Shown here one piece after another: positions 60,647 to 64,000 of a stretch of 64,000 nt of DNA (position 1 is the first letter of the stretch; the number at the start of each line of letters is the position of its first letter). The translations under genes and the position numbers were made by a program. The notes beneath the pieces were generated by a model that was not told the origin of the DNA, did not search any database, and worked only from the letters and a program-made list of their open reading frames with translations. This DNA is from Sphyrna mokarran (Eukaryota), in contig JAGIQG010000004.1 in assembly GCA_024679065.1 (NCBI GenBank), positions 63,240,001-63,304,000 of the forward strand, read 5' to 3'.

Positions 60647-61195
60647 AGGACATAGAACATAGAACATAGAACAATACAGCACAGAACAGGCCCTTCGGCC
60701 TTCGATGTTGTGCCGACCAAAATAAAAAGCAATGCCCCTCCTAACTAAACCATTCCCTTCTCATCCATATACTTATCAACTAACCTCTTAAACGCCACCA
60801 ACTTGGCGCATCTACAACAGCTGCAGGCAGGGCATTCCACTCCCTAATCACTCTTTGAGTAAAGAACCTCCCTCTGATATCCGTCCTATAACTCATACCC
60901 CTTAATTTAAAGTTGTGTCCCCTCGTGCTAGCTTTCTCCATCCTAGGAAAAAGGCTATCACTGTCCACCCTATCCAAACCTCTAATTATCTTATATGCTT
61001 CAATAAGATCCCCCCCTAGCCGCCTCCTTTCTAACGAAAACAACCTCAAATCCTTCAACCTCTCTTCATAGGACCGGCCCTCCATACCAGGCAACATCCT
61101 GGTAAACCTCCTCTGTACCCTCTCCAATGCCTCCACATCTTTCTTATAATGTGGCGACCAGAACTGCACACAATACTCCAAGTGCGGCTGCACTA
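60647..61195 (-). mobile_element. Young CR1 3' fragment flanked by a TACAT duplication
   Basis: ORF 60780-61193; empty paralogous site at 35286-35290. Confidence 0.95.
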
Positions 61196-61315
61196 CATCA
61201 ATATCATCATCTATTTACACACTTCCCAGGACTCGCAAGGCTCATGATCCCTATTTTAAATCAGTTTTCTATACCCCTCCATTCCCATTCTGTTCATGTG
61301 CCCATCTAAGTATTT

Positions 61316-64000
61316 AGAACATAGAACATAGAACAATATAGCACAAACAGGCCCTTCAGCCCACGAGTTGCGCCAATCACATCTACCAATCCACAGACCT
61401 ATCTATAACCCCCTATCCTAATCATTTCCATATACTCATCCAGAAGTTTCTTAAAAGACCCCAGTGAGTTTGCCTCAACAACCTCCGACAGCAGTCGGTT
61501 CCATTCACTCACCACCCTCTGAGTGAAAAACCTACCCTGACATCTCCTTTGTATTTGCTTCCCTGCACCTTAAATCTGTGTCCTCTTGTAGTGACCGTTT
61601 CAGCTCGGGGAAATAGTCTCTGAGAGTCCACCCTATCTATTCCTCTCAACATTTTATAAACCTCTATCAGGTCGCCTCTCAACCTACGTCTCTCCAGTGA
61701 GAAGATCCCAGCTCCCTCAACCTATCTTCATAAGGCCTGCCTCCCAATCCAGGCAGCATCCTTGTAAATCTCCTCTGAACTCTCTCAATAGCCTCTACAT
61801 CCTTCGTTTAATGAGGCGACCAGAACTGCACACAGTACTCCAACTGGGGTCTGACAAGAGTCTTATAGAGCAGCATAATTACCTCCTGACTCCTGAACTC
61901 TATTCCTCGATTAATGAAGGCCAGTACACCGTAAGCCTTCTTGACCACTTCCTCCACCTGCAAGGCTGATTTAAGAGTCTTATGGACCCGGACCCCGAGA
62001 TCCTTCTGCTCTACAAAACAGCTAAGACTCCTACCCCTTATATTGTACTCCTTCATCCCATTATTCCTTCCAAAATGGACCACAACACTTTTATCTGTTA
62101 CACATCTGCCACTTCTCCACCCAGTCTTCCATCCTGTCTATGTCCCGCTGCAACTTTTGGCATCCCTCCAGACCATCCACAACACCACCGATCTTTGAAT
62201 CATCAGCAAACTTACTAACCCATCCCTCCACTTCCTCATCCAGGTCATTTATGAAAATGACAAACAGAAGGGGTCCCAGAACAGATCCCTGGGGCACTCC
62301 ACTGGTTACCGACCTCCATGCATAACAAGACCCATCCACAACCACTCTCTGCCTTCTGCCGGCAAGCCAGTTCTGGATCCACAAGGCCAAAGCCCCTTGG
62401 ATCCCATGCCCTCTCACTTTCTCCAGAAGCCTTGCATGGGGGATCTTATCAAACGCCTTACTAAAGTCCATGTACACTACGTCCACCACCCTTCGTTCGT
62501 CAATGTGTTCAGTCACATTTTCGAAGAACTCAACTAGACTCGTAAGGCATGACCTGCCCTTGACAAAACCATGCTGACTATTTCTAATCAGTCCAAACTT
62601 CTCCAAATGTTCATATATCTGATCCCTCAGAAGCCTCTCCATCAGCTTACCAACCACTGAAGTCAAACTCACTGGTCGGTAATTTCCTGGACTATCCCTG
62701 TTCCCTTTCTTAAAGATACAAACCACATCCGCAATCCTCCAATCCTCCGGAACCTCTCCCGTTTCCATGGACGACGCAAAGATCATCGCCAGGGGCTCTG
62801 CAACCACTTCACTTACCTCCCACAATAACCTGGGGTACATCCCATCTGGTCCCGGCAACTTGTCTATCTTGATAGAATTTAACAGGTCTAACACATTCTC
62901 TTTCCTAACATCCACATACTCAATCTTTTCCGTATGCCTCAAGCCTGCAATGCAATCTCCCAGTTCACTTTCCACTGTGAATACCGAGGCAAAGTACTCG
63001 TTAAGCACCTCTGCCATTTCTTCCAGATTCACACAGACTTTTCCCCTTCACCTTTTATAGGCCCTATCCCTTCTCATCCTTTTACTTTTCACATATTTGT
63101 AGAAGGCCTTGGGATTCTCCTTAATCTTACCTGCCAAGGCCTTCTCATGACCTTCTGGCTCTCCTAATTTCCTTTTTAAGTTCCCTTCTACACACCTTAT
63201 ACTCCTCTAGATCCCTAACATCCCCTACCTCTCTGAACCTTTTATATACCTTTTTTTTTCCTAACTAGGTTCAACACTACCTTCGTGCACCACGATTCTC
63301 GCGCCCTACCAGAACCTCCTTGACTCCTCGTTGTCTTGAAGTGCCCTAGACAAACATTCCTTGAAAAACTGCCACTTTCCTTCTGTACCCTTCCCCAAGA
63401 ACACCTCCTTCCAGTTTATGTGTCCAATTACCTGCCTAATGTTTTCATATTTCCCCTTACTCCAGACATACACCTTCCTATCCTGCCTGATCCTATCCCT
63501 TTCCATCACTATCGTGAAAGAGATAGAATTATGATCTCCATTCCCAAGATGCTCACCTACCGTGAGATCCGACACCTGCCCTGGCTCATTAGCAAGCACC
63601 AGGTCAAGTACAGCCTCTCCTCTGATAGGCTTTTCCACGTACTGTGTCAGGAAACCTTCCTGAACACAGCTTACAAACTCCACACCATCCAAACCCCTTA
63701 CCCTTGGATCATTCCAGTTGATGTTTGGGAAATTGAAATCTCCGATCACGACAACCCTGTTATTTCTACTTCTGTCTAGGATCTGTTTCCCTATCTGCCC
63801 CTCAAGTTCCATGTCACTATTGGGCGGCCTATAGAATACACCCAGCAAAGTTTTCTTAAATAACTCCAGAATGCCTGCCTCCACCACTTGGCAGGGCAAT
63901 CCATGCCCCCACCACCCTCTGTGTGAAAAAACTCCCTCTAGCATCCAAATTATGCCATACCCCCCTCACCCTAAGCCCGTGACCCCTCGTGCTATTCAAG
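61316..64000 (-). mobile_element. Compound CR1: long EN-RT fragment (61316-63850) joined to the 3' part of another subfamily (63851-64000)
   Basis: ORFs 63306-63944 (YRPP, GDFN, GDHN) and 62091-63032 (RT); tail at 61316. Confidence 0.93.

Overview
Eukaryotic, repeat-rich DNA, most likely from a cartilaginous fish (shark): it carries HE1-type V-SINEs, HER1/CR1 LINEs with (GTTCTAT)n tails, Deu-type SINEs, and Penelope-like and Rex1/Babar relics. The host content is a small + strand cluster of non-rearranging immunoglobulin-superfamily receptor genes. Gene A (11804-26682) looks intact. Its leader, germline-joined VJ-type V, C1-set, transmembrane and cytoplasmic exons join through phase-1 GT-AG introns into 963 nt (320 aa plus stop). 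The TM helix contains a Lys and the tail has two tyrosine motifs (LTYAAL, TEYAQL), giving a SIRP-like or antigen-receptor-like V-C1 receptor with both activating and inhibitory hallmarks. Gene B (38883-47332) has an intact leader and VJ exon, but its C1 exon carries two stops, two frameshifts and a CR1 insertion. A third, decayed 5' copy lies at ~59800-60185 and a possible fourth V relic at ~33620-33779. Secondary observations: a V-SINE family with a structured non-tRNA head, degenerate Penelope-type minimal hammerhead ribozyme motifs, a near full-length esterase-type CR1, and an inverted segmental duplication with an internal inversion. All alignments and counts were done by eye; no database searches were run.
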